Source: Xylographa opegraphella
Lineage: Eukaryota
DNA: 64,000 nt
Assembly: GCA_022813865.1 (NCBI GenBank)
Contig: JALDZX010000012.1
Coordinates: 1-64,000, forward strand
Direction of reading: 5' to 3'
Every line of letters starts with the position of its first letter. Position 1 is the first letter of the stretch. A program made the position numbers and the translations under genes. The notes under the pieces were generated by a model. The model saw only the letters and a list, made by a program, of their open reading frames with translations. It searched no databases and had not been told where the DNA came from. This document shows positions 1 to 14,337 of the stretch, in pieces.

Positions 1-1026
1 CCCCCCCGGCCGACAACCACTTGCCACGAGTTTCAAGCACCGATCCCCATTCATCCTGGTTCTCTCTCATCCATACGAAGTACCCTGATGCATACTACTT
101 CGCACTCTACGTATCGTGTGTTTGCTGATCCTCTGTCCTTCTTAGTGATGGTTATTGTACTCCCTTCCTTCCGTTCAGTGTGCGGTGCGCTTTCGTTTGC
201 TCTCCAGCTTCCCCCTTCGATCATTCATCCGTTTCATTCATAGCCCGGACCACACCCTTCGAATCGCATCTCAACCCGCGTGCTTCCTGAACACCACCTC
301 CATTATATATCGGACTACTACTACTACTGCGGTGCAGCGCGCCCCCGGGTCGTGCTCCTGATATCCGTGTAGATCCCCACGTTGCCCGTTGATGCCGGCT
401 GCGTGCCATACCCTCCCTTGACCGCTCCAGCGTTTCGGTACGGTGTTCGAGAACGAAACGGGGACAGGCATCCTCCGTCGTTGACCAAGATTTCAACTCG
501 CACTAGACTACGTGATTATTTGCGCTGGTACCCTCGACTCCGTCCACGAGCGGTCCGGTTGATCACTGTGACACTCGTGGTCCCCGCCGCTACCCTACGT
601 CGAATTAGTTTCGATCTAATTTGGAGGGTGTGTCAACCACTGCTCCGAGTATTTGGGAAGGTCTTCTCATTCACCGCCATTAAATTTCATTTTGCGTGGT
701 GGCGACCCTTTTGTCACATCTGTTGATTCTTGAGCTGGCTCAGCTGCACGTGGTCGACAGGAGAAAAAAAAGGTACCCTCACTGCCCACGGACTTTGCCA
801 CACGGTCCGCTGGTTTTGGCCGGCTTCGTCCCGGCGCTGGGTCTAAGGCAGGCAATAGACCTGAAACAATCTCTGCAGATGATCTGAGGCGCATACCGGT
901 GGACGTGCTCAACCTTGCATCGTTGTGGGGAGAAGGCTCAGACACTGGAACTAGAAAGGCAGGCTCGCAGCATTTCCCTCGGCATTGATTCTGGAGGAGC
1001 TGCTCCTTGTTGCGCCGAAAAGCAGG

Positions 1027-2434
1027 ATGGACATGGGCTCAGACCTTATCATGGAATCGCCTACCACCGTTGCGCCAGGTTCGATATCTTCACCTTCCTC
1101 CCGTACCGAGAACATGCAGCATTCATCTCGGCTCCCGATGCCTTTGATACCTGCTCCTCTCATGACAAGTCGCCGTCGCAGGCCATCAAAGGGAACAATC
1201 GGCGCATCAATTAAGCGCTCCGCCTCTTCACCGAATGTCAGGAGTCTCGCCGCAGGGGAAATCGCCATGTCGTTGGCGGAGAAAAGAAGGAATAAGTTGG
1301 GATATCATAGAACTTCTGTAGCTTGTGGTTAGTGCTCTGCCTACCCGGAAGCGGGCTCCCGGAGGCTCCCGACTAACAAATGCGCATCACAGTACACTGC
1401 AGGAGGAGAAAGATCCGATGTCTTCTCGCTCCAGATGATCCGCAGAATCGGTGCTCCAACTGTATTCGGCTGAAGAAGGAATGCAACTTCTTCCCTGTCG
1501 ATCAGCAGCCACCCGTTGAACGGCGACCTCGCGCCGGCTCTAGGACTGAAGGAAGGTCAGATGAGAATTCAGTATCCTCTTCCTCCTCACCTGGAATGAC
1601 AGTAGGCAGAGGCCTGGAAGCTGTCGACCACTTCAGTCAGTATCCGATATTACCGATCGCTTCGCAACTTTACACCGGCTCATTGGCACCCATGAGCGCG
1701 GGCATTATATCACCACCGTCCAGCATTGGTCAGTACCCGCTGTATAGTATTCCTGACCGCACCGTATTGACACTTCCGCAGGCCCCGGAAGTTCACGGGC
1801 ATTTGAATTCCCCCATCACCACGATCGGTCGAACTGGGAGAATCAGCTTCACGAGCACATCCCTCTATCCGCTGGCCATTCTTATGCAGAAGATCATATG
1901 AGTGGGCATTGGAGGGATTCTCCGATTACCCCGGTGTACTCGCCTTACGCGCCAGGACCATCGAATTCTCTGGCTCCGCATATTCGAGACGGTAGCGGTA
2001 CGTTTCCTCCTTTTGGGCCCCCGCGGCATGAGTCGGGATGGGCGGTTCCTACCAGGTCAATGTCCTATGGTCACCTCGAGGATCTCCCAAATCATCACCT
2101 GAATCACTACCAGCAACCATACCAGATGGACCTACGACGTCGTGCTTCCGAGATGCATCCTCCATCTCTGCAGACCAGCAACTCTTCCAATGCATCCACT
2201 TCAGATCTTTCTGGTCCACCTATGCCAGCGCCGATGTCCAGCCAGGTGATTCATCACCACGGTGTACCGGCCGCTTGGACCTCTCTTCCCGCACAGTCTC
2301 CGATGCACAAGGCCGTTGACTACGGAAATTGGTATTCTGAACCCAGCCAATTGGCAAGAGTACAGGAAGAGGATGTAGCTCCCCACTACAACGGAGAACC
2401 TTCGATTCTGTACTCAAGCGCTGGTCGCCATTGA
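1027..2434 (+). CDS. Zn(II)2Cys6 (GAL4-type) fungal transcription factor, 3 exons (1027-1327, 1393-1728, 1782-2434)
   Basis: Splicing GTTAGT..CTAAC..CAG (1328-1392) restores RTSVACVHCRRRKIRC-x8-RCSNCIRLKKEC. Second intron GTCAGT..CAG (1729-1781) joins the frame of ORF 1898-2434. Confidence 0.92.
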
Positions 2435-4835
2435 AGATGTTATTCCTTTTGCATCAACTGTTTAATGGAGGTGTGGTTTCTGCCAATAAGATTCTAACAG
2501 CACATTGAGGAATTATACATAGCACCAGCGAGTCTAAACAGCTTGCCCCTGGTTTACGGGCGGCTTTTGCACAAAAGGCGTTTGGAAATACCACCTTGGG
2601 AATAGCTAGGAGTTGGAGGGAGAAAAAAAGATAGCGGTGGGCATAACTGCGTGTTGCACTGTACGAGCATTTTCTACGCTGCGTACGACACGACGAGACG
2701 TCGAATACGCGCACACCACGGTAATCTGGACTCGTTTGGGAAAAACTTTCTTTCAATGGGATTTTCTTTTTCGTTGGTTACGGATGGCATTATTTCTACG
2801 ATTGTGAGACGACTGACCAAGAGGACTACTTTTCTGACGTGTATAAATATTGCTTTACCAAATGATCTGGTTATACAGAACAGCAAATGACATTTTCGTT
2901 ATCGTGCGGCTGACCCAGCTTTGTCCTTCCGGGTAGCACTTCGTCGATGAGCTCCCCTTCTCCGACCTCGGCCGATCATCAGTTCAACCCCATCATGATC
3001 GTCGAATGCAGCACTACCTCCGTGTCTTGTGTTTTTGGTTGACACCAGTACGTCTCAGCTATAATGTCGCAGGAGCCTGATTTCAGATCTACGTTGGCTT
3101 GGACATATAAAGCACCTCGGTTATAGACGCACCACTCAGGTTCGCCGATGCGCACTTTGGGTTGAAACAAGCTTCTTTTCCTATGCCTGCTCCACATCGC
3201 ATCTGCACCTCTGCCTTCAAACGCCAATAACGAATGCAATCCCCCCGCACGTCGGAAGTTGAGTGTCTTGAAACCCCACGTGTGCGATCTGCCTGGCCCT
3301 GCGAGCAGTCTGGGAATCATCCAATTAAAAATCACTGCGCACCACAAGGCAAAGTGTCTGCGCCTCGGCCTTCGAGGTCACTCACTGTCAACGCATTGTG
3401 CCATGAATGCTAGCGTTCTCTAATTCAAGAGCGGGCACTGTTGTCATTGTACGCATGCTTCCGCTGCAAGCCCTGCGATGAATTGAAGCGAAGGGAGGCA
3501 TTGCAATCATAGCTTGCTAACTACGTTACATTCACATTCTTCTCCTCGCTTACTTACTTCAAGGCACGACCGATGGCCAGGATCACCATGGGCGGTGAAT
3601 ATCTGCGCAACAATGGCTGCGAGGTTCCCGCAAAGGCTGCGTCGAAATTCAGCGGACCGAGTTCGTCGTCGGAGCAGCGCCATTGACTTTCAGGCAAACG
3701 CGCACACATGCGAGCTCGTCTATGCACCGATCGCGGCAGATGGACTGGAAGACTGCCGAATTGTTTCCGGACTTCGACATCGAAAACACTCGCCCTTCTG
3801 TCGCTCCTGTCAGAACGCACCCGAAGCACGAGTGCTCGTATCGAATGCACAGTCGAAACACTTACCCTTCAACATTTTCCGTCAAACTCTCGGCGACGTT
3901 TGTGATTGTCATCGTCCTTGGCTGGACACCTTGATCGGCCGAATTGCGATGCAGCCATGACAACGCCTTTGTCGATCACGACGACGCAACTGCGATGAGC
4001 CGGCTCTTGCAGGAAGAAGGGAAAGGAAAGGGAAGGATATACAGACAACCGGTAGAAAGAGTACGGGGAACGTAGAAGCCGGACTCTGGATCTCGCACAG
4101 ATAGAAGGGCTCCGTGCTGTCGAAAACTACCGTTTCTCTTCATCCGTCTCTTGTGCTCACTGCTGCAGACCACGTCGATCACTGCAATAGCCATGCTCTC
4201 CCCATGCATCGCGAACGACTTCTCACTCTATCAGTCCGGAATGGCACGACTGACACAGCACCTGCGGAAGCCCGCACCCAACCTTGCCACACACCGAGTG
4301 CATCTGCAGCTCTTCGTTTCTCCCAGTCCCTTTCGCGCGAGCACAGCTCCTGGCCTCTCCACAGCTCCCCGCTCCATCCTCAAATCCCAGACCCCGTATT
4401 ACCTCGCCGGCAGTTCCATCCGCCATTCCGCTCTCCCCGCCTTCTCTCCCTCCCCTAAAGCTTCTATCCCATCTACCCATTCCCGTCCCACAATCCTCCC
4501 GGACCACCCGCACTGAGCCAGCGCCTTCGCTGTGATCGTCTTGTGTCTTCCCTCTAGGTACGTTAGGTTCTAGCTATCCGGCCTCGCCATCCGCCTTAGA
4601 GGGCTCCTCCCTCCTCCACCCCATCGCCAGTTCACTCCGCCCTCCCATCCATGTTCAGTCCCGCCCTCCTATCCATCTTCCTTTCCCGCTGCGTCCTCGA
4701 CCCTACCCATCCCACCACTCCGATCTTCACCGCCCCAAGTCCCCACTCGGCAAAAGCTCCCGTGAACGACACAGCACAATGTCCCGGGGCGGAGCGTGTG
4801 CGTGAGTGCGAAAACGGTCCGCCCTGCTCCTCTCC

Positions 4836-6903
4836 ATGTCCCACCTTCACATCAGGGTATGTACTCCGATCAAGAACTCACACGCCGAGTCTATCTTCCT
4901 AAAACCTTCCTACAGCCGTATGTTGCCGGCAAGGCGGCACTACCCCAGATGCCATCTCTCAACCACCCGTACATGTTTACAGTGCTTGGGCTACTCGCTC
5001 GGTAGAAGCCCATTATTTCCGAACTTGGGAACAAAGGTGTTGTGGCTAGTCTTCGAGCTATGGGTTTTTATGGTATAAAGGCCGGGTTGCATGGGATGGG
5101 TTTTTACTCGGATTGTAGAATGGGTTACTGATAATTTCTGTCGATGGCGTTGTGCTGTTGATAGAGCCGCTGGACTGTTATGAGTGGGTGTGTATATTCG
5201 AGGCTGGATGTACAACTACGTATTTAAATCGGGGAAAAGCTTTTCTCGCTTGCTGCTGAAAGCGCTTCGTGTGATTGGGCGGCTGAATATACGAATATCG
5301 AGCGCTAGGTCCTGTAGCAGCCATGCACTTATGGTGCAAAATATGAGGTACCTTACCTATGATGATGATGAGTGTTTTCCGCGGAACAGAGACCATCGTT
5401 ACCTGGAGTTCGGTTTCACAGCTGATGGTGTTATTGATACTCTTCGTATTCACACACCTCCAACCTATCTCGTTCCCACGCGGATTTTTCTATTGGCTAA
5501 ACTCGAGTCCGTATTTCGCTCGGAGGCAGTCGGCTACCCTGATAGGATGGCATTCCTGGAGACCGTTGACGTCCCATTGCTCATGCAGTGCTTCGCGTCT
5601 GCTTTCCTACAAGATAGCGGCTAGTTACGTATCTGGGGTAACTTGCTACATGTTACGTCCCCGCCGTTGTGGCCCTGTCGAAACAGGGGTTGAGGCATTT
5701 CTGGAAGCGTTGAGCCCGTTGCAATACAGCATACGAAGACCACGCAATGGTGCTTCTAGCTGGTGACTCGAGCCGGGGCGCGCTCCGTCCTGGGAGATGG
5801 GGAGAGGAAGTGTGTGGGTTTGGAATTGTGGGTGGAGAGAGCTTTGGTTACGCGTTCTTCTTGATTTGTCGTCTTTGGCTTTTCCTTTCACTTCGGCGTC
5901 TGTTTTTTGCTGGAACGTCAATCTCCAACTTCGTTCAGCTTCCTCGATATTTGCAACTCCATATTTGCAACTCCATATTTGCAGCTCCATACCCATTTCC
6001 AGCCGTGGTAGCACCTTCATCTCTGTCGGTAGGTATCCCGAAGCATAGCGTTCACCTAGCTGCAAGAATGACAATGGAATCATGTAGCTTGTTGGCTCTC
6101 CTTGCACTACAGTGGGGTGTCATCAAAGCCGCCCGAGTTCTTCATGACATACCCGAGCCTCCCTCTAGTCCGACTCCAGTCGGAGATCTTGGAGACCTCC
6201 GGCCAAGAGCTACAGGTCTATAGGCTGGGGCTTGTACTTACACTCCTTAACAGGCTGTCCTACCAACATCCCTACAGCGAACCCTTCCGTGAGCCAGGCT
6301 GGCTGGAACTATCACCCGACGGGGAGCCAAAACGGAATGGATCCTGTCCGGTACTTATGGTGGTCTTTGCATATCTGCGCCTCCGACTTTCCCGGAGTCG
6401 AATTTCCTTCGGTCTGACCGTGGGGGGATGCGCGGCTATGTGTGATTCGAATCTATCATGTCTGTCCTTCAATGTTTTTACGGTGTACGAGGGTGAACTT
6501 CAACAACTGTCTTCCGACGTTCGAGTGCCGGTTCTCCAATTCCGTCTACAAGGCAAGCGATCATGTCTTGGACAACGGCTTACCCAGCTACGTTTGGTAA
6601 TCATACCACAAACTTGGCAAAATCGGGGCATGGACCAATATCTCCACTCGGTGGCCAGGATAAACGGGATATACGGCGAGTCTTCTAACTTTGCGAAGGA
6701 CTTGAGGAGCGCCCTCGGCTATGTGGGTTTCGATTTGCACGAACGCACAGTCAACTTGTTCGAGTCCTCGGATCACCACAACCTGCGCCGACTCCTTGTA
6801 TTACCAGATCGCGGCTTATGAAGGATACATGGCGAACCACAAACAAATGTTTGACGACATTTTGGTACAAGTCGACACCACTGGGCCATCAATCTACAAT
6901 TAG
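4836..6903 (+). other. Unresolved multi-exon hypothetical gene or gene relic
   Basis: Several GT..branch..AG intron-like segments and protein-like ORF pieces (5184-5624, 6102-6821, 6721-6903). I could not assemble one uninterrupted frame or recognise a family. Confidence 0.3.
5947..5990. repeat. Tandem repeat, 14-bp unit ATATTTGCA(A/G)CTCC x3
   Basis: Copies at 5947-5960, 5961-5974 and 5975-5988 (one mismatch in the third), read directly. Confidence 0.95.
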
Positions 6904-8021
6904 CTTGTGTGGACAGGAGGAGCACACTTCTGGCACACAATGAAACCTTACTTCCACCATCAAAGGTATATATCCAACTGAGTCATCGGGCTGATTCCAG
7001 AGATTGGAGGTGCCACTCAAGGCCATCGCGCCCGTCTCTCGCTTGAGAGAGTTCTCGACTCGGTTGACAAGAGCCCTGTTCCTGTCGCGCCCGACGAAGC
7101 GAGCACCTGGGCCACGTTCATGAACAGCATCACAGCGCAGGTGGACGATGCTAAAGAGTCTAGGCACGCTGGAGTTTTTGCTCCCCTTCTAGCGGGGAGA
7201 GGCTCACCGATACGGCGAGCTACTGTGCGTATGGCTTTGGTTTCGAGACGCAGGCGACGTTCTGTGGCGATGGTACGATGCAGGTGATTGAGGGGCACGT
7301 CACGGTGCCGAGGACGAATGATATGTGTACGCAGTGGACGCCGGGCGAAGGTTATGCATATCTTGAATTAAGATCACGTTTCTTTTCTCGCGTGTTCTGC
7401 GAGGAGTAACCGGGTGGTTTGGTTTGGCGTCTTGGTTGGCTCTGGTATCTAGACTACTGAAAGGGGAATGGCGCGTAGGGTTTGATATTCCGTAAAATTG
7501 GGCGTTCCAGAATCGATACCAGGGATTTCGGAACCGGAATTAACATCATCGCAGTGCGCGTTTTTCCAATCATCGCATCCCAATCGCCTCGATAGAACAT
7601 AGCCAGCCACCAGGCGCCAAGAGTTCACATACAGGATTTTCAGGAGTCGAATCTCGTCGTTACGGACTTTTCCGTGTGGATCCTTGCAAGCATACGGAGG
7701 AGATTGAAGTCAGCGATATAACCCGATCAGGAATATTGAGTCGCCAATAATCGGAATGCCTGCTCGGCCATGGTTTGATTGTCATCGGCGACCACCAAGC
7801 ATCCCCACTAAGGTAATGCTCTCCTCGAGTTACCTATTCCCGAGCCCGTCCCCGGACCCGCAGATAGCTCGGGAGGGCGGTACCCTAACTTCGGGACATC
7901 GCTCAGAGCTGGACCGTATGGTACCTAGGTGATGTGTGCTTTGCTCGGTTTGTGCGTGGCGTGCAATAGGACGGAACGGAAAGCCGAGGTACCTAGGCGG
8001 AACCGCGCTCTCGGAGACGGG

Positions 8022-8045
8022 GGAGGAGGAGGAGGAGGAGGAGGA
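8022..8045. repeat. (GGA)8 microsatellite
   Basis: Read directly. Confidence 0.95.
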
Positions 8046-8607
8046 GAGACGGAAGGAAGGAGCGAGGCGGGAGTAAGGGTCCTGCATTGGGAACAGAGGG
8101 CAGCGTGGAAGCTAAAGATGAGGGATAAGGAATGGCGTATTCTCATTCATAGAGTACTAAGAGTGCACCCGCGGCTGGGGGAGCACGGCGAAGTTCACAA
8201 ACCCGACACCAGACACCGAGTCCAGATACCAGTCAGAACCGATACTTGCACTAAAGATATCAGATCATATGATACTGGAGTATGCTATGCAGTGCAGTGC
8301 CGCTCCGTACCCAACCCGCGCGACCTGGTGTCCAAAGGGGGCCTGCGGGGGAGATACATACGTCCCACCATCCAATAATGCCGCCGGACTCTCCTCTCCC
8401 CTCTCTGCGTGATAAATACCCAATGCTGTCATTTCCGTCCCGGCACAACAGCAGCCTTGCCAGGTAGGTGCGTGTGTACCGCTCGTATTTTAGCCAGTCG
8501 CACGGACGAGCAAGTCAAGGACCCGAGTCTCCGGACACCTCTGCCGTGAAAACACACACCCACTCCGCATCTCACCATCAAAAGACCGTCCTTCGCATCG
8601 TAGACCA

Positions 8608-10999
8608 TCACCGCATCAGCCGCCCCTTGCGCGCCAGAAACGGACTCGGCATCTCGTCCGTCTCTGGGTCCCACATGGCGACATCCTTCGGCGGGCCGTG
8701 ATTCTCGCGGAGGTTCTCCCACGACACGACCCGCGCAGCGATTTTGATCGCGCCTTCCACGGGCCACTGCGCTTCGGCTCTCTCTTTGGCCCCAATCGGA
8801 TCCGGCGCAGCCACGCGTCCCTGGCTCAGCTCCACCAGCGTCCTGCCCTGCCCACCGGCTTGCCCGCCCAGCAGGTTCCTCGACAGCACAGCCTTGAACA
8901 TGTCCTCGCCGCCCGCGCCAGCTTTCGCAGCCTGCTTGAGGCCGAATTTCCGGGTCGGCGAACCGGTGCCGTCGACGAGGAAAGGGACTTTGGAAAGGCG
9001 CCTGTTGGGGGAAACGGGTCTAGGCGCAGCGGCTGCGCTGGGTGAGCGGGACAATGCGGGGGCTGTGGAGTCGATGGTCGCCATTTGACCGTTGAAGATG
9101 GATGGCTTGCCAGGAAGGCGGCGCATGGGCGCGGTGTTCTGGCGGCGTAGTCCAGGCCGTGCGGTAGGCAGCTTGAAGGGATCTTGCACCATGCCTGCTG
9201 CGTACCGGGGGATGCTGGGGGAAGGCAGATCCGGGAGCTCGTCGTCATCTTCGATCACGAAGGAATGTTCTTCTGATGTTGCAGGCGATAGTTGCGTGGG
9301 CTCCCATCGTAGTCGTTGCTCGGCTGCTGCCGCGAAGATGTTCTGTGGGTTTGGTAGTGTGGAGGCGGGAGCATTGGTACGGCGAGGAGAAAGCGATAGA
9401 GAGCTGATGGATATTGGAGAGGGGGATGTCATGTGGACGTCCATGGGGGAATCGTAAGTTGTTCGTGCCCTCGTAAAAGGGGTTCGAGTGGATCTCTTGA
9501 GGGGCAGTGGTTTCGAATTTTTGGATATAGATCTAGGCGAATAAAGTGAAAGAGATGAAAGGTCTGTGGTTGACGGGAAGTCATAGTCAGTGCTCGTGCT
9601 GACAGACGAGAGCGGGACGTCATTTGGTGATGTGGTTCCACACGGTATTTGGTTGGAGCTGGTTGTAAGAGAGCGGAGATGTTTCTCAACTTCCAGTTGA
9701 ACACGGCTCTGAACTTCTGCATCCATAATCTTCCGTAGCTTTTCGACTTCAACCTGTACTTGACGGTCGATTTCTAGGCGAGCCTTGACTTCCCATTCCC
9801 GTCGCACGGTCGCTTCGATGTCAGAACGATTCTTCTCTTTGTCGAGGTCCAGACTAGCTATTTGTAGCTTCAATTTTTCTGTCTGCTGTTGTGCATCCTC
9901 CTCCTTAATTTTGAGGATTCTTCCAATCTCCACTACTTCTCGTTCTTTCCGCATTAGTCGTACGATCGGCAATCGAAGAAGCGCCGCAGTATCAGGCCGA
10001 TGTTGCGGATTGGTTTTCAAACAACTCTTTATTACGTTTTGTAGCTCAGGTGAGTAAATACTTGGGAGAGGATCATATCTTCCGTCTCGAATCCTCTGTA
10101 CCAGCTGGAGATGGGTCTTGGCATCAAAAGGGGGTTTCCTTGCACACAACTCGTACATGATGCATCCCAAGGACCATACGTCAGAGTGGAGGGTGTACCG
10201 TTCCGCTGCACAGATCTCCGGGGACATGTAGAAAGGGGTGCCGACATATGTGGACGCGAAGTCATGTGATTGCATCAGTTTTGATAGACCGAAGTCTCCA
10301 AGTTTGACGGAGTTGTCGGCGCCGAGGAAGACTAAGGATGTTTAGACCTAGATCACAATTGACTTTGCTTCACGACCTACCGTTCTCGGGTTTCAAATCA
10401 CGATGCAAAATCATGACTTGGTTCTTCAATCGCAAACCCGGTGGCTTGACGTTTGCGTCCGGGCCCATGAAGTTCTTGCCCACCTCGGGAGGATCAGCAC
10501 CATAGTGACAGCGGTATAAAGCGGTGACAAGTTGTGCGAAGATGCTCCAAACATATTCCTCCTCGGCAAGCTGGTTCCTCGCGACCAGAGACTTTATGAC
10601 CTGACTCAAGTCGCCTCCGTTACAGTACTCCATATATATGTGGAGCTCTTGCGACGCCTTGAGGTGCTCCCGGTGGTAGTAGCCGACAATGTTTGGATGG
10701 CGAAGGGAATTGAGGATAGAGAATTCAGCTTGAAGTTGTTCTCGCTCTTTTTGAGACATCCGAACATAGCTGATTTCTTTGCGACACATTTCCTATGTGG
10801 AGGATGAGTATGAAGCTCGTCCAACATCGAGGGCAGAGGGTACAGTACCTTCTTATCAGATTTCCTCCTGACTTTGTGTATGATACCGAACGATCCATGT
10901 CCTATACAGTCATGAGATTCTATGGCTCTTGTAAGGCAAGGGTGATGTACCAATCTTCTCGAGCACCTCATACTTCTCAGGCTCGATGGAAGTCGCCAT
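8608..10999 (-). CDS. nimA: NIMA / Nek2-family G2-specific Ser/Thr kinase, 4 exons
   Basis: Spliced product reads MATSIEPEKYEVLEKIGHGSFG..CRKEISYVRMSQKEREQLQAEFSIL..HRDLKPEN..VKLGDFGLSK..YVGTPFYMSPE, then a coiled coil and a C-terminal WDPETDEMPSPFL motif typical of NimA. Confidence 0.95.
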
Positions 11000-12473
11000 G
11001 ACTTGTAGCACAAAAAACAAAGCAAACACCAGAACGAAACTGTGAGCGATACGAAAGTATGTTCGTCAAGCCATGGGATTCACAATGTTTTCAAAGCGAG
11101 TTGTATAACTAATTGTCGACGCTGTCAAACTTTCGCAATGAAATCCATTCCAGCGGTAGCTCTCATTCATCAACAGGCTTCCAGACCCTAGGCAATCACC
11201 ATAGCAACGGGGCCGAATGAACCCGACCTTCTTGGCTCGGGCGGCTAATCGGCCCGGCCATTCTATGCAACCGAGGCAACCGAGAGCTCTTCGGACCGAA
11301 GTCTAAGGTATCTAGAAGTGGATACAAATCATGGACGGTTGTGCAGATGGAGAATTTCATGTCCTCATCTAACCTGTACCAGGAGTGATGGTGGCGTTGT
11401 TCCCACGAACTTGCTGCCGGTATCATAAAGGCATTGTCGCACATCAATGAGAATGATGTACGCAGTACCGAGTACGGAGTACCACGCCGTGATCAACTAT
11501 GGGAGAACAGTCTGACAAGCCTGCCGACGAAGGCGAGAACAGCTTCCACAATGCGTGCAACCCAGAAATAGCGTGACCGACGATTGAAGGAAGGGACCAA
11601 GCGGACTAGGAGACTTCCTGCAGAACCGCTTCCCTCGGTCTGACTCTGAGCCAATAATGTCTCTTAGCGACTTGACCATGGATTACTGTTATATGGAAGC
11701 ATGTGTCACTAGTTAGGCCTCCAGCAAGAATCCTCCTCCAATATTCGGGAAGACTCCCGGCCCTTGTATCTGTATCTTGGGTCGTATTGCTGCCTGTACC
11801 AGCACATGGCTGCGGCGCGACTTGTTCCTGACTGGCTGCCAAGCTCAAACTGCAGGGGCGTCGTTCGGTGCACGAGCCCGCTTACTCCCTCTCCGTTAAG
11901 GTGAGGGATCAATGGTTGAAACCTCCAACAAGCACTACGGCCTTCTAGAGCTGACATTATTCTGTATACGTGAGACCCCACCATGTCAGCACTTCACACC
12001 GACTGGGTGTTTCTGTGCCTCTCAGTTCGTGTAGAGCGTCCATTGCGAGTCCAAGGTGCTGAGCTTCCGTCTTCAATGAAGAGTGGTTTCGATATCAGCT
12101 GCCTGCTTAAGCTTTACGGGTGACACTCGAGACAGGCTGTTCTCTTATGGCTGAATGTCTAAATCCTGAGGCCTTCACTATGACCAGGTTCTATTTCGGC
12201 GCAGACCCGAAAGCGCATAGGTAGTCCGAACTCCACGTTCTGGGGCTGGGCGCCACAACCTCGCAGATACCCCGGAATACACACTCGCATTTTTGATCAT
12301 TCCTATATGACTACGAGGTACCACAAGCTTATAGTTTTGTCTTTTGCTCCTCTTTCTCGAACAGCACACGGATATGGGCTTGAGACCATCGGCAAGGCCT
12401 GGAATTTTAGCACCCCCTCACGTGATAAGCTGGACTTTTGGGCTTTGAACGTAGAAGGTGCTGTATTCTCAGC

Positions 12474-13954
12474 ATGTCGACAAGCCTATCGGACTCACAA
12501 ACACGTGCTCTTGAAGTCACTGAACGGGTTGGTTCGGTCATATCTCTTGTCGGTTGCGCATGGATATTCAGTACTTTTCTTGGTTCCTCTAGATTTCGCA
12601 AACCTATCAATCGTTTGATATTTTATGCAGCCTTAGGGAATGCATTCTGCAACGTTGCTACGTTGATTTCACAGGATGGAATACGGGCAGCAGAGAAATC
12701 GCCGAATTCACCGCTATGTCAATTTCAAGCATTCCTGATCCAGATGTGATTTTCCCCTACACCAGCCATCATGGACTATGCATTAATAGTTCTAGGTTCC
12801 TACCTGCCGACGCAATGTGGAATCTCTCTATGGCGATTAATGTTTATCTTACCGTTTTCAAAAGATATAATCCCGCGCAGCTGAGAAAATTGGAACCAAT
12901 ATACCTTGTAATTAACTACGGCATCACATTCATTCCAGCGCTTGCCTACATCTTTATCTCGACCCCGGATAGACACCGAGTGTATGGCCCGGCAATCACA
13001 TGGTGCTCTATTACAAGTGCTTGGGGCTTCCTGCGTATAGCACTTTGCTATGGTCCGGCGTGGTGCGTTCACTGACCCCAAACGAAGTCAAAATCAATAC
13101 TACTCACACTCCCTCAGGGTTAGCATTCTCATCATCTTCATCATCTACATCTGGGCTGGCATAGAGATTTTCGAGAAACGACGGCAGCTGCGCACCTTCA
13201 AGCATGCAGTTCCAGAAGTCACTATCATTGCAAATCCATTCACCAGCTACGTTACTACGGAGGTGGAAATCACGAGTGAAGTAAACCCCAACACCACACG
13301 TCTATCACCCCAACCATACAACCTAGAGGAGGATGTTCCAGGGTATGGGTTCAGCGCATATGTGGTGAAAGTGGAAAGGGGCCAACAGAGGCCGGAGTCG
13401 CCGCTCGTGCAAGATATTCATTCACGCCAGCAAAGTATTGCCATGGAGGCTAATACAGCAGCATGGGGATACCTCAAATGCGCCATGCTGTTTTTTGTGT
13501 CTCTACTCATCACGTGGGTAAGTCATGTTTGTAAATTGCGCGTCGCTGCCTATACAACGCCAGGCCGTAAACGGTACATATCTCGCTACGTATACTAACC
13601 ACTCATATCCAGGTACCCTCTTCCGCGAACAGAGTCCACTCCCTCTTCTACCCCAACGAAACCACCTTTTCCTTCAACTACGCAGGCGGCCTAGTACTCC
13701 CAATGATGGGCTTCTGGAACGCCGTCATCTACACCACCACCTCCTGGGAAGCCGTCCAATCCCTCTTTGGCGACCTGCACTCGAGGCTGGCAGAGCGGGA
13801 GTACAGTGGGTCCGCGGGCGGTGGTGTCCGCGTCGGGAGCATGGGCATCGACATGGGCCGCCCGGCGTCTTTGGGCTCGCTTGAGCGGGACAATACCCTT
13901 GCGGGCATGACTCGAGGCAGTATTGCGGATTCGATGCGGCGGCTTGCGCGGTAG
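12474..13954 (+). CDS. cAMP receptor-like (CRL) 7-TM G protein-coupled receptor, 4 exons
   Basis: Motifs FRKPINRLIFYA, LCQFQAFLIQMFLPADAMW, YGPAITWC, AAWGYLKCAMLFFVSLLITWVPSSANR, MMGFWNAVIY. Introns at about 12746-12795, 13063-13117 and 13518-13612. Confidence 0.88.
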
Positions 13955-14337
13955 GTTCGAATGTATGTATTAAACTACGCAAGCGTTCGATGGTTGCTAC
14001 GGACATTCGCGTGATGATTTCTGTACGAGTTCGGACGGCCAAAGAACCCCCCTTTTTGTAGTTTGACAAGGACTTTGCAAGCCACGTTCGACTTTGGACC
14101 ACTCGTAGAGACAGGCGTACAATCGGGACTGCCGCCCGTATTACTTACAGATTCCGGTACGGCTGTCCAGATTACCGGTTGATGCCTACTCTCCCGGCAC
14201 CCTTCCGAGTACATTCGAGCCTTGGTCAGAAATGCCCTGCACTTGAACGTGAACTGATACGTGCCACCCACTCATATTATTTTCCCTACCATCTAATGGA
14301 AACGATCAACATATCCGAAAGTCTACAGTCCCACCAC

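Noticed and set aside
5947..5990. 14-bp repeats as a CRISPR-like array
   Set aside because: Directly abutting copies with no spacers, eukaryotic context, no cas genes.
7881..7890. ACCCTAAC as a telomerase RNA template
   Set aside because: Only 8 nt, expected by chance, and I could not see supporting pseudoknot or conserved TER elements.
8429..10057. Many antisense and alternate-frame ORFs over nimA and other genes
   Set aside because: Shadow ORFs of GC-rich coding sequence with no motifs.
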